From the NCBI GenBank assembly GCA_964016885.1, contig OZ024740.1, forward strand, positions 438,216,001 to 438,280,000: a DNA stretch of 64,000 nt. Direction: 5' to 3'. The position numbers were made by a program, and so were the translations under genes. The notes under the pieces were generated by a model, which worked only from the letters and a program-made list of their open reading frames with translations, was not told where the DNA came from and did no database searches. Positions 15,600 through 32,200 of the stretch are shown in pieces; position 1 is the stretch's first letter; each line of letters starts with the position of its first letter. This DNA comes from Eledone cirrhosa (Eukaryota).

Positions 15600-18500
15600 C
15601 ACACCTTTATAGAACACACCTTTATAGAACATACCTTCATAGAACATACCTTTATAGAACATACCTTTATAGAACATACCTTTATAGAACTGACCTTTAT
15701 AGAACATACCTTTATAGAACACACCTTTATAGAACAGACCTTTATAGAACATACCTTTATAGAACACACCTTTATAGAACAGACCTTTATAGAACATACC
15801 TTTATAGAATATACCATTATAGAACAGACCTTTATAGAACATACCCTTATAGAACATATCTTTATAGAACAGACCTTTATAGAACACACCTTTATAGAAC
15901 ATACCTTTATAGAACATACCTTCATAGAACACACCTTTATAGAACATACCTTTATAGAATATACCATTATAGAACAGACCTTTATAGAACATACCTTTAT
16001 AGAACACACCTTTATAGAACAGACCTTTATAGAACATACCTTTATAGAACACACCTTTATAGAACATACCTTTATAGAACATACCTTCATAGAACATACC
16101 TTTATATAACATACCTTTATAGAACACACCTTTATAGAACATACCTTTATAGTAAATAACTTTATAGTACATTCCTTAATAGAACATACCTTTATAGAAC
16201 ACACCTTTATAAAACATACCTTTATACAACACACCTTTATAGAACATACCTTTATAGAACATACCTTTATAGAACATACCTTTATAGAACACACCTTTAT
16301 AGAACATACATTTATAGAAAAGCCCTTTATAGAACACACCTTTATAATACATACCTTTATAGAACACACCTTTATAGAACATCCCTTTATAGAACATACC
16401 TTTATAGAATAGACCTTTATAAAACATACCTTTATAGAACATACCTTTATAGAACATACCTTTATAGAACACTCCTTTATAGAACATACCTTTATAGAAC
16501 ATACCATTATAGAATAGACCTTTATAGAACATACCTTTTTAGAACACACCTTTATAGAACATATCTTCATAGAACAGACCTTTATAGAACATACCTTTAT
16601 AGAACATACCTTTATAGAACACACCTTTATAGAACAGACCTTTATAGAACATACCTTTATAGAACACACCTTTATAGAACAGACCTTTATAGAACATACC
16701 TTCATAGAACATACCTTAATAGAACAGACCTTTATAGAACATATCTTTAGAGAAGATAACTTTATAGAATAGACCTCGATAGAACACACCTTTATAGAAT
16801 ACAGCTTTATAGAACAGACCTTTATAGAACACACATTTATAGTACATACCTTAAAAGAACATACCTTTATAGAACACACCTTTATAGTACATACATTAAT
16901 AGAACATACCTTAATAGAACATACCTTTATAGAACATACCTTTATTATTATTACCTTTATAGAACACACCTTTATAGAATACACCTTTATAGAACATACC
17001 TTTATAGAACACACCTTTATAGAACAGACCTTATAGAACATACCTTTATAGAATATACCTTTATAGAACAGACCTTTATAGAACATACCTTTATAGAACA
17101 CACCTTAATAGAACATGCCTTTATAGAACAGGCCTTTATAGAACATACCTTTATAGTACATACCTTTATATTACATACCTTAATAGAACATGTCTTTATA
17201 GAAAATACCTTTATAGAACAGACCTTTATAGAACATAACTTTATAGAAAATACCTTTATAGAAAATACCTTTATAGAACATACCTTTATAGAACATAACT
17301 TTATAGAACATACCTTTATAGAATATACCTTTATAGAATATACCTTTATAGAATATACCTTTATAGAACATACTTTAGAGAACATACCTTTATAGAACAT
17401 ACCTTTATAGAACATACCTTTATAGAACATACCTTTTTAGAACATACCTTTATAGAACAGACCTTTATAGAACATACCTTTATAGAAAATATCTTTATAG
17501 AACATACCTTTATAGAACACACCTTTATAGAACATACCTTTATAGAACATACCTCAATATAACATACCTTAATAGAACACACCTTTATAGAACACACCTT
17601 TATAGAAAATACCTTTATAGAATATACCTTTATAGAATATACCTTTATATTACACATCTTTATAGTACACATCTTTAGCGTACATACCTTAATAGAACAG
17701 ACCTTTATAGAACATACCTTTATAGAACATACCTTTATAGTACATACCTTTATAGTACATACCTTAATAGAACATACCTTTATAGAACATAGGCTTATAG
17801 AACACACCTTAATAGAACACACCTTTATAGAACATAGCTTAATAGAACACACCTTTATAGAACAGACCTTTATAGAACATACCTTTATAGAACATACCTT
17901 TATAGTACAAACCTTTATAATACATACCTTTATAGTACATACCTTTATAGAACATACCTTTATTGAACAGACCTTTATAGAACATACCTTTATAGAATAT
18001 ACCATTATAGAACAGACCTTTATAGAACATACCTTTATAGAACACACCTTTATAGAACAGACCTTTATAGAACATACCTTTATAGAACACACCTTTATAG
18101 AACATATCTTTATAGAACATACCTTCATAGAACATACCTTTATATAACATACCTTTATAGAACACACCTTTATAGAACATACCTTTATAGTAAATAACTT
18201 TATAGTACATTCCTTAATATAACATACCTTTATAGAACACACCTTTATAAAACATACCTTTATACAACACACCTTTATAGAACATACCTTTATAGAACAT
18301 ACCTTTATAGAACATACCTTTATAGAACACACCTTTATAGAACACACCTTTATAGAACATACCTTCATAGAACATACCTTTATAGAACATACCTTTATAG
18401 AACATACCTTTATAGAACTGACCTTTATAGAACATACCTTTATAGAACACACCTTTATAGAACAGACCTTTATAGAACATACCTTTATAGAACACACCTT

Positions 18501-21050
18501 TATAGAACAGACCTTTATAGAACATACCTTTATAGAATATACCATTATAGAACAGACCTTTATAGAACATACCCTTATAGAACATATCTTTATAGAACAG
18601 ACCTTTATAGAACACACCTTTATAGAACATACCTTTATAGAACATACCTTCATAGAACACACCTTTATAGAACATACCTTTATAGAATATACCATTATAG
18701 AACAGACCTTTATAGAACATACCTTTATAGAACACACCTTTATAGAACAGACCTTTATAGAACATACCTTTATAGAACACACCTTTATAGAACATACCTT
18801 TATAGAACATACCTTCATAGAACATACCTTTATATAACATACCTTTATAGAACACACCTTTATAGAACATACCTTTATAGTAAATAACTTTATAGTACAT
18901 TCCTTAATAGAACATACCTTTATAGAACACACCTTTATAAAACATACCTTTATACAACACACCTTTATAGAACATACCTTTATAGAACATACCTTTATAG
19001 AACATACCTTTATAGAACACACCTTTATAGAACATACATTTATAGAAAAGCCCTTTATAGAACACACCTTTATAATACATACCTTTATAGAACACACCTT
19101 TATAGAACATCCCTTTATAGAACATACCTTTATAGAATAGACCTTTATAAAACATACCTTTATAGAACATACCTTTATAGAACATACCTTTATAGAACAC
19201 TCCTTTATAGAACATACCTTTATAGAACATACCATTATAGAATAGACCTTTATAGAACATACCTTTTTAGAACACACCTTTATAGAACATATCTTCATAG
19301 AACAGACCTTTATAGAACATACCTTTATAGAACATACCTTTATAGAACACACCTTTATAGAACAGACCTTTATAGAACATACCTTTATAGAACACACCTT
19401 TATAGAACAGACCTTTATAGAACATACCTTCATAGAACATACCTTAATAGAACAGACCTTTATAGAACATATCTTTAGAGAAGATAACTTTATAGAATAG
19501 ACCTCGATAGAACACACCTTTATAGAATACAGCTTTATAGAACAGACCTTTATAGAACACACATTTATAGTACATACCTTAAAAGAACATACCTTTATAG
19601 AACACACCTTTATAGTACATACATTAATAGAACATACCTTAATAGAACATACCTTTATAGAACATACCTTTATTATTATTACCTTTATAGAACACACCTT
19701 TATAGAATACACCTTTATAGAACATACCTTTATAGAACACACCTTTATAGAACAGACCTTATAGAACATACCTTTATAGAATATACCTTTATAGAACAGA
19801 CCTTTATAGAACATACCTTTATAGAACACACCTTAATAGAACATGCCTTTATAGAACAGGCCTTTATAGAACATACCTTTATAGTACATACCTTTATATT
19901 ACATACCTTAATAGAACATGTCTTTATAGAAAATACCTTTATAGAACAGACCTTTATAGAACATAACTTTATAGAAAATACCTTTATAGAAAATACCTTT
20001 ATAGAACATACCTTTATAGAACATAACTTTATAGAACATACCTTTATAGAATATACCTTTATAGAATATACCTTTATAGAATATACCTTTATAGAACATA
20101 CTTTAGAGAACATACCTTTATAGAACATACCTTTATAGAACATACCTTTATAGAACATACCTTTTTAGAACATACCTTTATAGAACAGACCTTTATAGAA
20201 CATACCTTTATAGAAAATATCTTTATAGAACATACCTTTATAGAACACACCTTTATAGAACATACCTTTATAGAACATACCTCAATATAACATACCTTAA
20301 TAGAACACACCTTTATAGAACACACCTTTATAGAAAATACCTTTATAGAATATACCTTTATAGAATATACCTTTATATTACACATCTTTATAGTACACAT
20401 CTTTAGCGTACATACCTTAATAGAACAGACCTTTATAGAACATACCTTTATAGAACATACCTTTATAGTACATACCTTTATAGTACATACCTTAATAGAA
20501 CATACCTTTATAGAACATAGGCTTATAGAACACACCTTAATAGAACACACCTTTATAGAACATAGCTTAATAGAACACACCTTTATAGAACAGACCTTTA
20601 TAGAACATACCTTTATAGAACATACCTTTATAGTACAAACCTTTATAATACATACCTTTATAGTACATACCTTTATAGAACATACCTTTATTGAACAGAC
20701 CTTTATAGAACATACCTTTATAGAATATACCATTATAGAACAGACCTTTATAGAACATACCTTTATAGAACACACCTTTATAGAACAGACCTTTATAGAA
20801 CATACCTTTATAGAACACACCTTTATAGAACATATCTTTATAGAACATACCTTCATAGAACATACCTTTATATAACATACCTTTATAGAACACACCTTTA
20901 TAGAACATACCTTTATAGTAAATAACTTTATAGTACATTCCTTAATATAACATACCTTTATAGAACACACCTTTATAAAACATACCTTTATACAACACAC
21001 CTTTATAGAACATACCTTTATAGAACATACCTTTATAGAACATACCTTTA
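15600..21050. repeat. Higher-order duplication, period 2728 bp (182 monomers minus 2 bp)
   Basis: ORF offsets 16176->18904, 17017->19745, 17361->20089 and 17839->20567 all equal 2728. Shared -1 deletions lie at ~17030/19759 and ~17373/20101. The rare gaactgacc variant is at ~15688/18416. Confidence 0.92.
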
Positions 21051-24000
21051 TAGAACACACCTTTATAGAACATACATTTATAGAAAAGCCCTTTATAGAA
21101 CACACCTTTATAATACATACCTTTATAGAACACACCTTTATAGAACATCCCTTTATAGAACATACCTTTATAGAATAGACCTTTATAAAACATACCTTTA
21201 TAGAACATACCTTTATAGAACATAGCTTTATAGAACACTCCTTTATAGAACATACCTTTATAGAACATACCATTATAGAATAGACCTTTATAGAACATAC
21301 CTTTTTAGAACACACCTTTATAGAACATATCTTCATAGAACAGACCTTTATAGAACATACCTTTGTAGAACATACCTTTATAGAACACACCTTTATAGAA
21401 CAGACCTTTATAGAACATACCTTTATAGAACACACCTTTATAGAACAGACCTTTATAGAACATACCTTCATAGAACATACCTTAATAGAACAGACCTTTA
21501 TAGAACATATCTTTAGAGAAGATAACTTTATAGAATAGACCTTGATAGAACACACCTTTATAGAATACAGCTTTTATAGAACAGACCTTTATAGAACACA
21601 CCTTTATAGAACATACCTTTATAGAACACACATTTATAGTACATACCTTAAAAGAACATACCTTTATAGAACACACCTTTATAGTACATACATTAATAGA
21701 ACATACCTTAATAGAACATAACTTTATAGAACATACCTTTATTATTATTACCTTTATAGAACACACCTTTATAGAATACACCTTTATAGAACATACCTTT
21801 ATAGAACACACCTTTATAGAACAGACCTTATAGAACATACCTTTATAGAACACACCTTTATAGAACAGACCTTTATAAAACATACCTTTATAGAATATAC
21901 CTTTATAGAACAGACCTTTATAGAACATACCTTTATAGAACACACCTTAATAGAACATGCCTTTATAGAACAGGCCTTTATAGAACATACCTTTATAGTA
22001 CATACCTTTATAGTACATACCTTAATAGAACATGTCTTTATAGAAAATACCTTTATAGAACAGACCTTTATAGAACATAACTTTATAGAAAATACCTTTA
22101 TAGAAAATACCTTTATAGAACATACCTTTATAGAACATACCTTTATAGAACATACCTTTATAGAATATACCTTTATAGAATATACCTTTATAGAACAGAC
22201 CTTTATAGAACATCCCTTTATAGAATATACCTTTATAGAATATACCTTTATAGAACATACTTTAGAGAACATACCTTTATAGAACATACCTTTATAGAAC
22301 ATACCTTTATAGAACATACCTTTTTAGAACATACCTTTATAGAACAGACCTTTATAGAACATAACTTTATAGAAAATACCTTTATAGAAAATACCTTTAT
22401 AGAACATACCTTTATAGAACATAACTTTATAGAACATACCTTTATAGAATATACCTTTATAGAATATACCTTTATAGAATATACCTTTATAGAACATACT
22501 TTAGAGAACATACCTTTATAGAACATACCTTTATAGAACATACCTTTATAGAACATACCTTTTTAGAACATACCTTTATAGAACAGACCTTTATAGAACA
22601 TACCTTTATAGAAAATATCTTTATAGAACATACCTTTATAGAACACACCTTTATAGAACATACCTTTATAGAACATACCTCAATATAACATACCTTAATA
22701 GAACACACCTTTATAGAACACACCTTTATAGAAAATACCTTTATAGAATATACCTTTATAGAATATACCTTTATATTACACATCTTTATAGTACACATCT
22801 TTAGCGTACATACCTTAATAGAACAGACCTTTATAGAACATACCTTTATAGAACATACCTTTATAGTACATACCTTTATAGTACATACCTTAATAGAACA
22901 TACCTTTATAGAACATAGGCTTATAGAACACACCTTAATAGAACACACCTTTATAGAACATAGCTTAATAGAACACACCTTTATAGAACAGACCTTTATA
23001 GAACATACCTTTATAGAACATACCTTTATAGTACAAACCTTTATAATACATACCTTTATAGTACATACCTTTATAGAACATACCTTTATTGAACAGACCT
23101 TTATAGAACATACCTTTATAGAATATACCATTATAGAACAGACCTTTATAGAACATACCTTTATAGAACACACCTTTATAGAACAGACCTTTATAGAACA
23201 TACCTTTATAGAACACACCTTTATAGAACATATCTTTATAGAACATACCTTCATAGAACATACCTTTATATAACATACCTTTATAGAACACACCTTTATA
23301 GAACATACCTTTATAGTAAATAACTTTATAGTACATTCCTTAATATAACATACCTTTATAGAACACACCTTTATAAAACATACCTTTATACAACACACCT
23401 TTATAGAACATACCTTTATAGAACATACCTTTATAGAACATACCTTTATAGAACACACCTTTATAGAACATACATTTATAGAAAAGCCCTTTATAGAACA
23501 CACCTTTATAATACATACCTTTATAGAACACACCTTTATAGAACATCCCTTTATAGAACATACCTTTATAGAATAGACCTTTATAAAACATACCTTTATA
23601 GAACATACCTTTATAGAACATAGCTTTATAGAACACTCCTTTATAGAACATACCTTTATAGAACATACCATTATAGAATAGACCTTTATAGAACATACCT
23701 TTTTAGAACACACCTTTATAGAACATATCTTCATAGAACAGACCTTTATAGAACATACCTTTGTAGAACATACCTTTATAGAACACACCTTTATAGAACA
23801 GACCTTTATAGAACATACCTTTATAGAACACACCTTTATAGAACAGACCTTTATAGAACATACCTTCATAGAACATACCTTAATAGAACAGACCTTTATA
23901 GAACATATCTTTAGAGAAGATAACTTTATAGAATAGACCTTGATAGAACACACCTTTATAGAATACAGCTTTTATAGAACAGACCTTTATAGAACACACC

Positions 24001-24740
24001 TTTATAGAACATACCTTTATAGAACACACATTTATAGTACATACCTTAAAAGAACATACCTTTATAGAACACACCTTTATAGTACATACATTAATAGAAC
24101 ATACCTTAATAGAACATAACTTTATAGAACATACCTTTATTATTATTACCTTTATAGAACACACCTTTATAGAATACACCTTTATAGAACATACCTTTAT
24201 AGAACACACCTTTATAGAACAGACCTTATAGAACATACCTTTATAGAACACACCTTTATAGAACAGACCTTTATAAAACATACCTTTATAGAATATACCT
24301 TTATAGAACAGACCTTTATAGAACATACCTTTATAGAACACACCTTAATAGAACATGCCTTTATAGAACAGGCCTTTATAGAACATACCTTTATAGTACA
24401 TACCTTTATAGTACATACCTTAATAGAACATGTCTTTATAGAAAATACCTTTATAGAACAGACCTTTATAGAACATAACTTTATAGAAAATACCTTTATA
24501 GAAAATACCTTTATAGAACATACCTTTATAGAACATACCTTTATAGAACATACCTTTATAGAATATACCTTTATAGAATATACCTTTATAGAACAGACCT
24601 TTATAGAACATCCCTTTATAGAATATACCTTTATAGAATATACCTTTATAGAACATACTTTAGAGAACATACCTTTATAGAACATACCTTTATAGAACAT
24701 ACCTTTATAGAACATACCTTTTTAGAACATACCTTTATAG
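19945..24740. repeat. Higher-order duplication, period 2398 bp (160 monomers minus 2 bp)
   Basis: ORF offsets 20089->22487, 20567->22965, 21482->23880 and 22022->24420 all equal 2398. A shared +1 T (cagcttttat) lies at ~21571/23969. Confidence 0.92.
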
Positions 24741-25209
24741 AACAGACCTTTATAGAACATACCTTTATAGAAAATATCTTTATAGAACATACCTTTATAG
24801 AACACACCTTTATAGAACATACCTTTATAGAACATACCTCAATATAACATACCTTAATAGAACACACCTTTATAGAACACACCTTTATAGAACATACCTT
24901 TATAGAATATACCTTTATAGAATATACCTTTATATTACACAACTTTATAGTACACATCTTTAGCGTACATACCTTAATAGAACAGACCTTTATAGAACAT
25001 ACCTTTATAGAACATACCTTTATAGTACATACCTTTATAGTACATACCTTAATAGAACATACCTTTATAGAACATAGGTTTATAGAACACACCTTAATAG
25101 AACACACCTTTATAGAACATAGCTTAATAGAACATACCTTTATAGAACAGACCTTTATAGAACATACCTTTATAGAACATACCTTTATAGTACAAACCTT
25201 TATAATACA

Positions 25210-28200
25210 TACCTTTATAGTACATACCTTTATAGAACATACCTTTATTGAACAGACCTTTATAGAATATACCTTTATAGAACATCCCTTTATAGAACAT
25301 ACCTTTATAGAATAGACCTTTATAGAACATACCTTTATAGAACATACCTTTATAGAACATACCTTTATAGAACACACCTGTATAATACATAACTTTATAG
25401 AACACACCTTTATAGAACATAACTTTATAGAACATACCTTTATAGAACACACCTTTATAGAACTTATCTTTATAGTACATACCTTTATAGAACACACCTT
25501 TATAGAACATACCTTTATAGAATATACCTTTATAGAATGTACCCTTATAGAACACACCTTTATAGTACATACCTTAAAAGAACATACCTTTATAGAACAC
25601 ACCTTTATAGTACATACATTAATAGAACATACCTTAATAGAACATACCTTTATAGAACATACCTTTATTATTATTACCTTTATAGAACACACCTTTATAG
25701 AATACACCTTTATAGAACATACCTTTATAGAACACACCTTTATAGAACAGACCTTTATAGAACATACCTTTATAGAACACACCTTTATAGAACAGACCTT
25801 TATAGAACATACCTTTATAGAATATACCTTTATAGAACAGACCTTTATAGAACATACCTTTATAGAACACACCTTAATAGAACATGCCTTTATAGAACAG
25901 GCCTTTATAGAACATACCTTTATAGTACATACCTTTATAGTGCATACCTTAATAGAACATGTCTTTATAGAAAATACCTTTATAGAACAGACCTTTATAG
26001 AACATACCTTTATAGAAAATACCTTTATAGAAAATACCTTTATAGAACATACCTTTATAGAACATACCTTTATAGAACATACCTTTATAGAAAACACCTT
26101 AATAAAACATACCTTTATAGAACATACCTTTATAGAACATACCTTTATAGAACATAACTTTATAGAACATACCTTTATAGAATATACCTTTATAGAATAT
26201 ACCTTTATAGAACAGACCTTTATAGAACATCCCTTTATAGAATATACCTTTATAGAATATACCTTTATAGAACATACCTTTAGAGAACATACCTTTAGAG
26301 AACATACCTTTATAGAACATACCTTTATAGAACACACCTTAATAGAACATACCTTTATAGAACATACCTTTATAGAACATACCTTTATAGAACATACCTT
26401 TATAGAACATACCTTTATAGAATATACCTTTATAGAATATACCTTTAACGAACAGACCTTTATAGAACATACCTTTATAGAACATACCTTTATAGAACAT
26501 ACCTTTATAGAACATACCTTTATAGAACAGACCTTTATAGAACATACCTTTATAGAAAATATCTTTATAGAACATACCTTTATAGAACACACCTTTATAG
26601 AACATACCTTTATAGAACATACCTCAATATAACATACCTTAATAGAACACACCTTTATAGAACACACCTTTATAGAACATACCTTTATAGAATATACCTT
26701 TGTAGAATATACCTTTATATTACACAACTTTATAGTACACACCTTTAGCGTACATACCTTAATAGAACAGACCTTTATAGAACATACCTTTATAGAACAT
26801 ACCTTTATAGTACATACCTTTATAGTACATACCTTAATAGAACATACCTTTATAGAACATAGCTTTATAGAACACACCTTAATAGAACACACCTTTATAG
26901 AACATAGCTTAATAGAACATACCTTTATAGAACAGACCTTTATAGAACATACCTTTATAGAACATACCTTTATAGTACAAACCTTTATAATACATACCTT
27001 TATAGTACATACCTTTATAGAACATACCTTTATTGAACAGACCTTTATAGAATATACCTTTATAGAACATCCCTTTATAGAACATACCTTTATAGAATAG
27101 ACCTTTATAGAACATACCTTTATAGAACATACCTTTATATTACACAACTTTATAGTACACATCTTTAGCGTACATACCTTTATAGAACAGACCTTTATAG
27201 AACATACTTTAATAGAACATGCCTTTATCGAACATACCTTTATAGAACATACCTTTATAGAACATACCTTTATAGAACATACCTTTATAGAACACACCTT
27301 TATAGAACAGACCTTTATAGAATATACCTTCATAGAACACACCTTTATAGAACACACCTTTATAGAACATACCTTTATAGTACATACCTTTATAGAACAT
27401 ACCTTTATTGAACAGACCTTTATAGAATATACCTTTATAGAACATCCCTTTATAGAACATACCTTTATAGAATAGACCTTTATAGAACATACCTTTATAG
27501 AACATACCTTTATAGAACATACCTTTATAGAACACACCTGTATAATACATAACTTTATAGAACACACCTTTATAGAACATAACTTTATAGAACATACCTT
27601 TATAGAACACACCTTTATAGAATACACCTTAATATAACATACCTTAATAGAACACACCTTTATAGAACTTATCTTTATAGTACATACCTTTATAGAACAC
27701 ACCTTTATAGAACATACCTTTATAGAATATACCTTTATAGAATGTACCCTTATAGAACACACCTTTATAGTACATACCTTAAAAGAACATACCTTTATAG
27801 AAAACACCTTTATAGTACATACATTAATAGAACATACCTTAATAGAACATACCTTTATAGAACATACCTTTATTATTATTACCTTTATAGAACACACCTT
27901 TATAGAATACACCTTTATAGAACATACCTTTATAGAACACACCTTTATAGAACAGACCTTTATAGAACATACCTTTATAGAACACACCTTTATAGAACAG
28001 ACCTTTATAGAACATACCTTTATAGAATATACCTTTATAGAACAGACCTTTATAGAACATACCTTTATAGAACACACCTTAATAGAACATGCCTTTATAG
28101 AACAGGCCTTTATAGAACATACCTTTATAGTACATACCTTTATAGTGCATACCTTAATAGAACATGTCTTTATAGAAAATACCTTTATAGAACAGACCTT

Positions 28201-29250
28201 TATAGAACATACCTTTATAGAAAATACCTTTATAGAAAATACCTTTATAGAACATACCTTTATAGAACATACCTTTATAGAACATACCTTTATAGAAAAC
28301 ACCTTAATAAAACATACCTTTATAGAACATACCTTTATAGAACATACCTTTATAGAACATAACTTTATAGAACATACCTTTATAGAATATACCTTTATAG
28401 AATATACCTTTATAGAACAGACCTTTATAGAACATCCCTTTATAGAATATACCTTTATAGAATATACCTTTATAGAACATACCTTTATAGAACATACCTT
28501 TATAGAACATACCTTTATAGAACATACCTTTATAGAATATACCTTTATAGAATATACCTTTAACGAACAGACCTTTATAGAACATACCTTTATAGAACAT
28601 ACCTTTATAGAACATACCTTTATAGAACATACCTTTATAGAACAGACCTTTATAGAACATACCTTTATAGAAAATATCTTTATAGAACATACCTTTATAG
28701 AACACACCTTTATAGAACATACCTTTATAGAACATACCTCAATATAACATACCTTAATAGAACACACCTTTATAGAACACACCTTTATAGAACATACCTT
28801 TATAGAATATACCTTTATAGAATATACCTTTATATTACACAACTTTATAGTACACACCTTTAGCGTACATACCTTAATAGAACAGACCTTTATAGAACAT
28901 ACCTTCATAGAACATACCTTTATAGTACATACCTTTATAGTACATACCTTAATAGAACATACCTTTATAGAACATAGCTTTATAGAACACACCTTAATAG
29001 AACACACCTTTATAGAACATAGCTTAATAGAACATACCTTTATAGAACAGACCTTTATAGAACATACCTTTATAGAACATACCTTTATAGTACAAACCTT
29101 TATAATACATACCTTTATAGTACATACCTTTATAGAACATACCTTTATTGAACAGACCTTTATAGAATATACCTTTATAGAACATCCCTTTATAGAACAT
29201 ACCTTTATAGAATAGACCTTTATAGAACATACCTTTATAGAACATACCTT
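25210..29250. repeat. Higher-order duplication, period ~2.1-2.2 kb (offsets 2160, 2205 and 2115 bp, all multiples of 15)
   Basis: ORF offsets 25537->27742 and 25940->28145 equal 2205. tttaacg at ~26445/28560 gives 2115 and tttattg at ~25246/27406 gives 2160. The copies differ by whole-monomer gains or losses. Confidence 0.85.
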
Positions 29251-32200
29251 TATAGAACATACCTTTATAGAACATACCTTTATAGAACATACCTTTATAG
29301 AACATACCTTTATAGAATAGACCTTTATAGAACATACCTTTATAGAACACTCCTGTATAATACATAACTTTATAGAACACACCTTTATAGAACATAACTT
29401 TATAGAACATACCTTTATAGAACACACCTTTATAGAATACACCTTAATATAACATACCTTAATAGAACACACCTTTATAGAACTTATCTTTATAGTACAT
29501 ACCTTTATAGAACACAACTTTATAGAACATACCTTTATAGAATATACCTTTATAGAATGTACCCTTATAGAACACACCTTTATAGTACATACCTTAAAAG
29601 AACATACCTTTATAGAACACACCTTTATAGTACATACATTAATAGAACATACCTTAATAGAACATACCTTTATAGAACACACATTTATAGAACATACCTT
29701 TATAGAACATACCTTTATAGAACAGACCTAAATAGAACATACCTTTATAGAACATACCTTTATAGAACAGACCTCCTTTATAGTTACTACCTTTATAGAA
29801 CATAGCTTAACACAACATACCTTTATATAACATACCTTTATAGAATACACCTTAATAGAATACACCTTTACAGAACACACCTTAATAGAACATGCCATTA
29901 TAGAACAGACCTTTATAGAACATACCTTTATAGAACACACCTTTATAGAACATACCTTTATAGTTATTACCTTTATAGAACACACCTTTATAGAACAGTC
30001 TTTTATAGTTATTACCTTTATCGAACACACCTTTATAGAACATACCTTCATAGAACATACCTTTATAGAACAGACCTTTATAGAACATACTTTAATAGAA
30101 CATGCCTTTATCGAACATACCTTTATAGAACATACCTTTATAGAACATACCTTTATAGAACATACCTTTATAGAACACACCTTTATAGAACAGACCTTTA
30201 TAGAACATACCTTCATAGAACACACCTTTATAGAACACACCTTTATAGAACATACCTTCATAGAACATACCTTTATAGAACATAACTTTATAGAACATAC
30301 CTTTATAGAACAGACCTTTATAGAACATACCTTTATAGAACACACCTTTATAGAACAGACCTCTATAGAACATACCTTTATAGAACACACCTTTATAGAA
30401 CAGACCTTTATACAACATACCTTTATAGCATATACCATAATAGAACAGACCTTTAGAGAACATACCTTTATAGAACATACCTTTATAGAACAGGCCTTTA
30501 TAGAAAAGACCTTTATAGAACACACCTTTATAGAACAGACCTTTATAGAACATACCTTCATAGAACACACCTTTATAGAACATACCTTTATAGAATATAC
30601 CATTATAGAACAGACCTTTATAGAACACACCTTTATAGAACATACCTTTATAGAACACACCTTTATAGAACAGACCTTTATAGAACATACCTTTATAGAA
30701 CACACCTTTATAGAACAGACCTGTATAGAACATACCTTCATAGAACATACCTTTATAGAACATACCTTTTATAGAACACACCTTTATAGAACATACCTTT
30801 ATAGAACATACCTTTATAGAACCTATCTTTATAGAACAGACCTTTATAGAACATACCTTTATAGTACATAACTTTATAGTACATACCTTAATAGAACATA
30901 CCTTTATAGAACACACCTTTATAAAACATACCTTTATACAACACACCTTTATAGAACATACCTTTATAAAACATACCTTTATAGAACATACCTTTATAGA
31001 ACAAACCTTTATAGAACATACATTTATAGAAAAGCCCTTTATAGAACACACCTTTATAATACATACCTTTATAGAACACACCTTTATAGAACATCCCTTT
31101 ATAGAACATACCTTTATAGAATAGACCTTTATAAAACATACCTTTATAGAACACACCTTTATAGAAGAGACTTTTATAGTTATTACCTTTATCGAACACA
31201 CCTTTATAGAACATACCTTCATAGAACATACCTTTATAGGACAGACCTTTATAGAACATACTTTAATAGAACATGCCTTTATAGAACAGACCTTTATAGA
31301 ACACACCTTTATCGAACATACCTTTATAGAACATACCTTTATAGAACATACCTTTATAGAACATACCTTTATATAACACACCTTTATAGAACAGACCTTT
31401 ATAGAACATACCTTCATAGAACACACCTTTATAGAACACACCTTTATAGAACATACCTTCATAGAACATACCTTTATAGAACATAACTTTATAGAACATG
31501 CCTTTATAGAACAGACCTTTATAGAACATACCTTTATAGAACACACCTTTATAGAACAGACCTTTATAGAACATACCTTTATAGAACACAACTTTATAGA
31601 ACAGACCTTTATAGAACATACCTTTATAGAATATACCATTATAGAACAGACCTTTAGAGAACATACCTTTATAGAACATACCTTTATAGAACAGGCCTTT
31701 ATAGAAAAGACCTTTATAGAACACACCTTTATAGAACAGACCTTTATAGAACATACCTTCATAGAACACACCTTTATAGAACACACCTTTATAGAACATA
31801 CCTTTATAGTACATACCTTTATAGAACATACCTTTATTGAACAGACCTTTATAGAATATACCTTTATAGAACATCCCTTTATAGAACATACCTTTATAGA
31901 ATAGACCTTTATAGAACATACCTTTATAGAACATACCTTTATAGAACATACCTTTATAGAACACACCTGTATAATACATAACTTTATAGAACACACCTTT
32001 ATAGAACATAACTTTATAGAACATACCTTTATAGAACACACCTTTATAGAATACACCTTAATATAACATACCTTAATAGAACACACCTTTATAGAACTTA
32101 TCTTTATAGTACATACCTTTATAGAACACACCTTTATAGAACATACCTTTATAGAATATACCTTTATAGAATGTACCCTTATAGAACACACCTTTATAGT

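Noticed and set aside
17205-17220. Resemblance of AATAGAACATGTC and ATAACATA variants to Drosophila simple satellites (AACAGAACATGTTCG, AATAACATAG, recalled from memory)
   Set aside because: Only a short AT-rich core is shared and the consensus monomer differs. This is not enough to assign a family or taxon without a database search.
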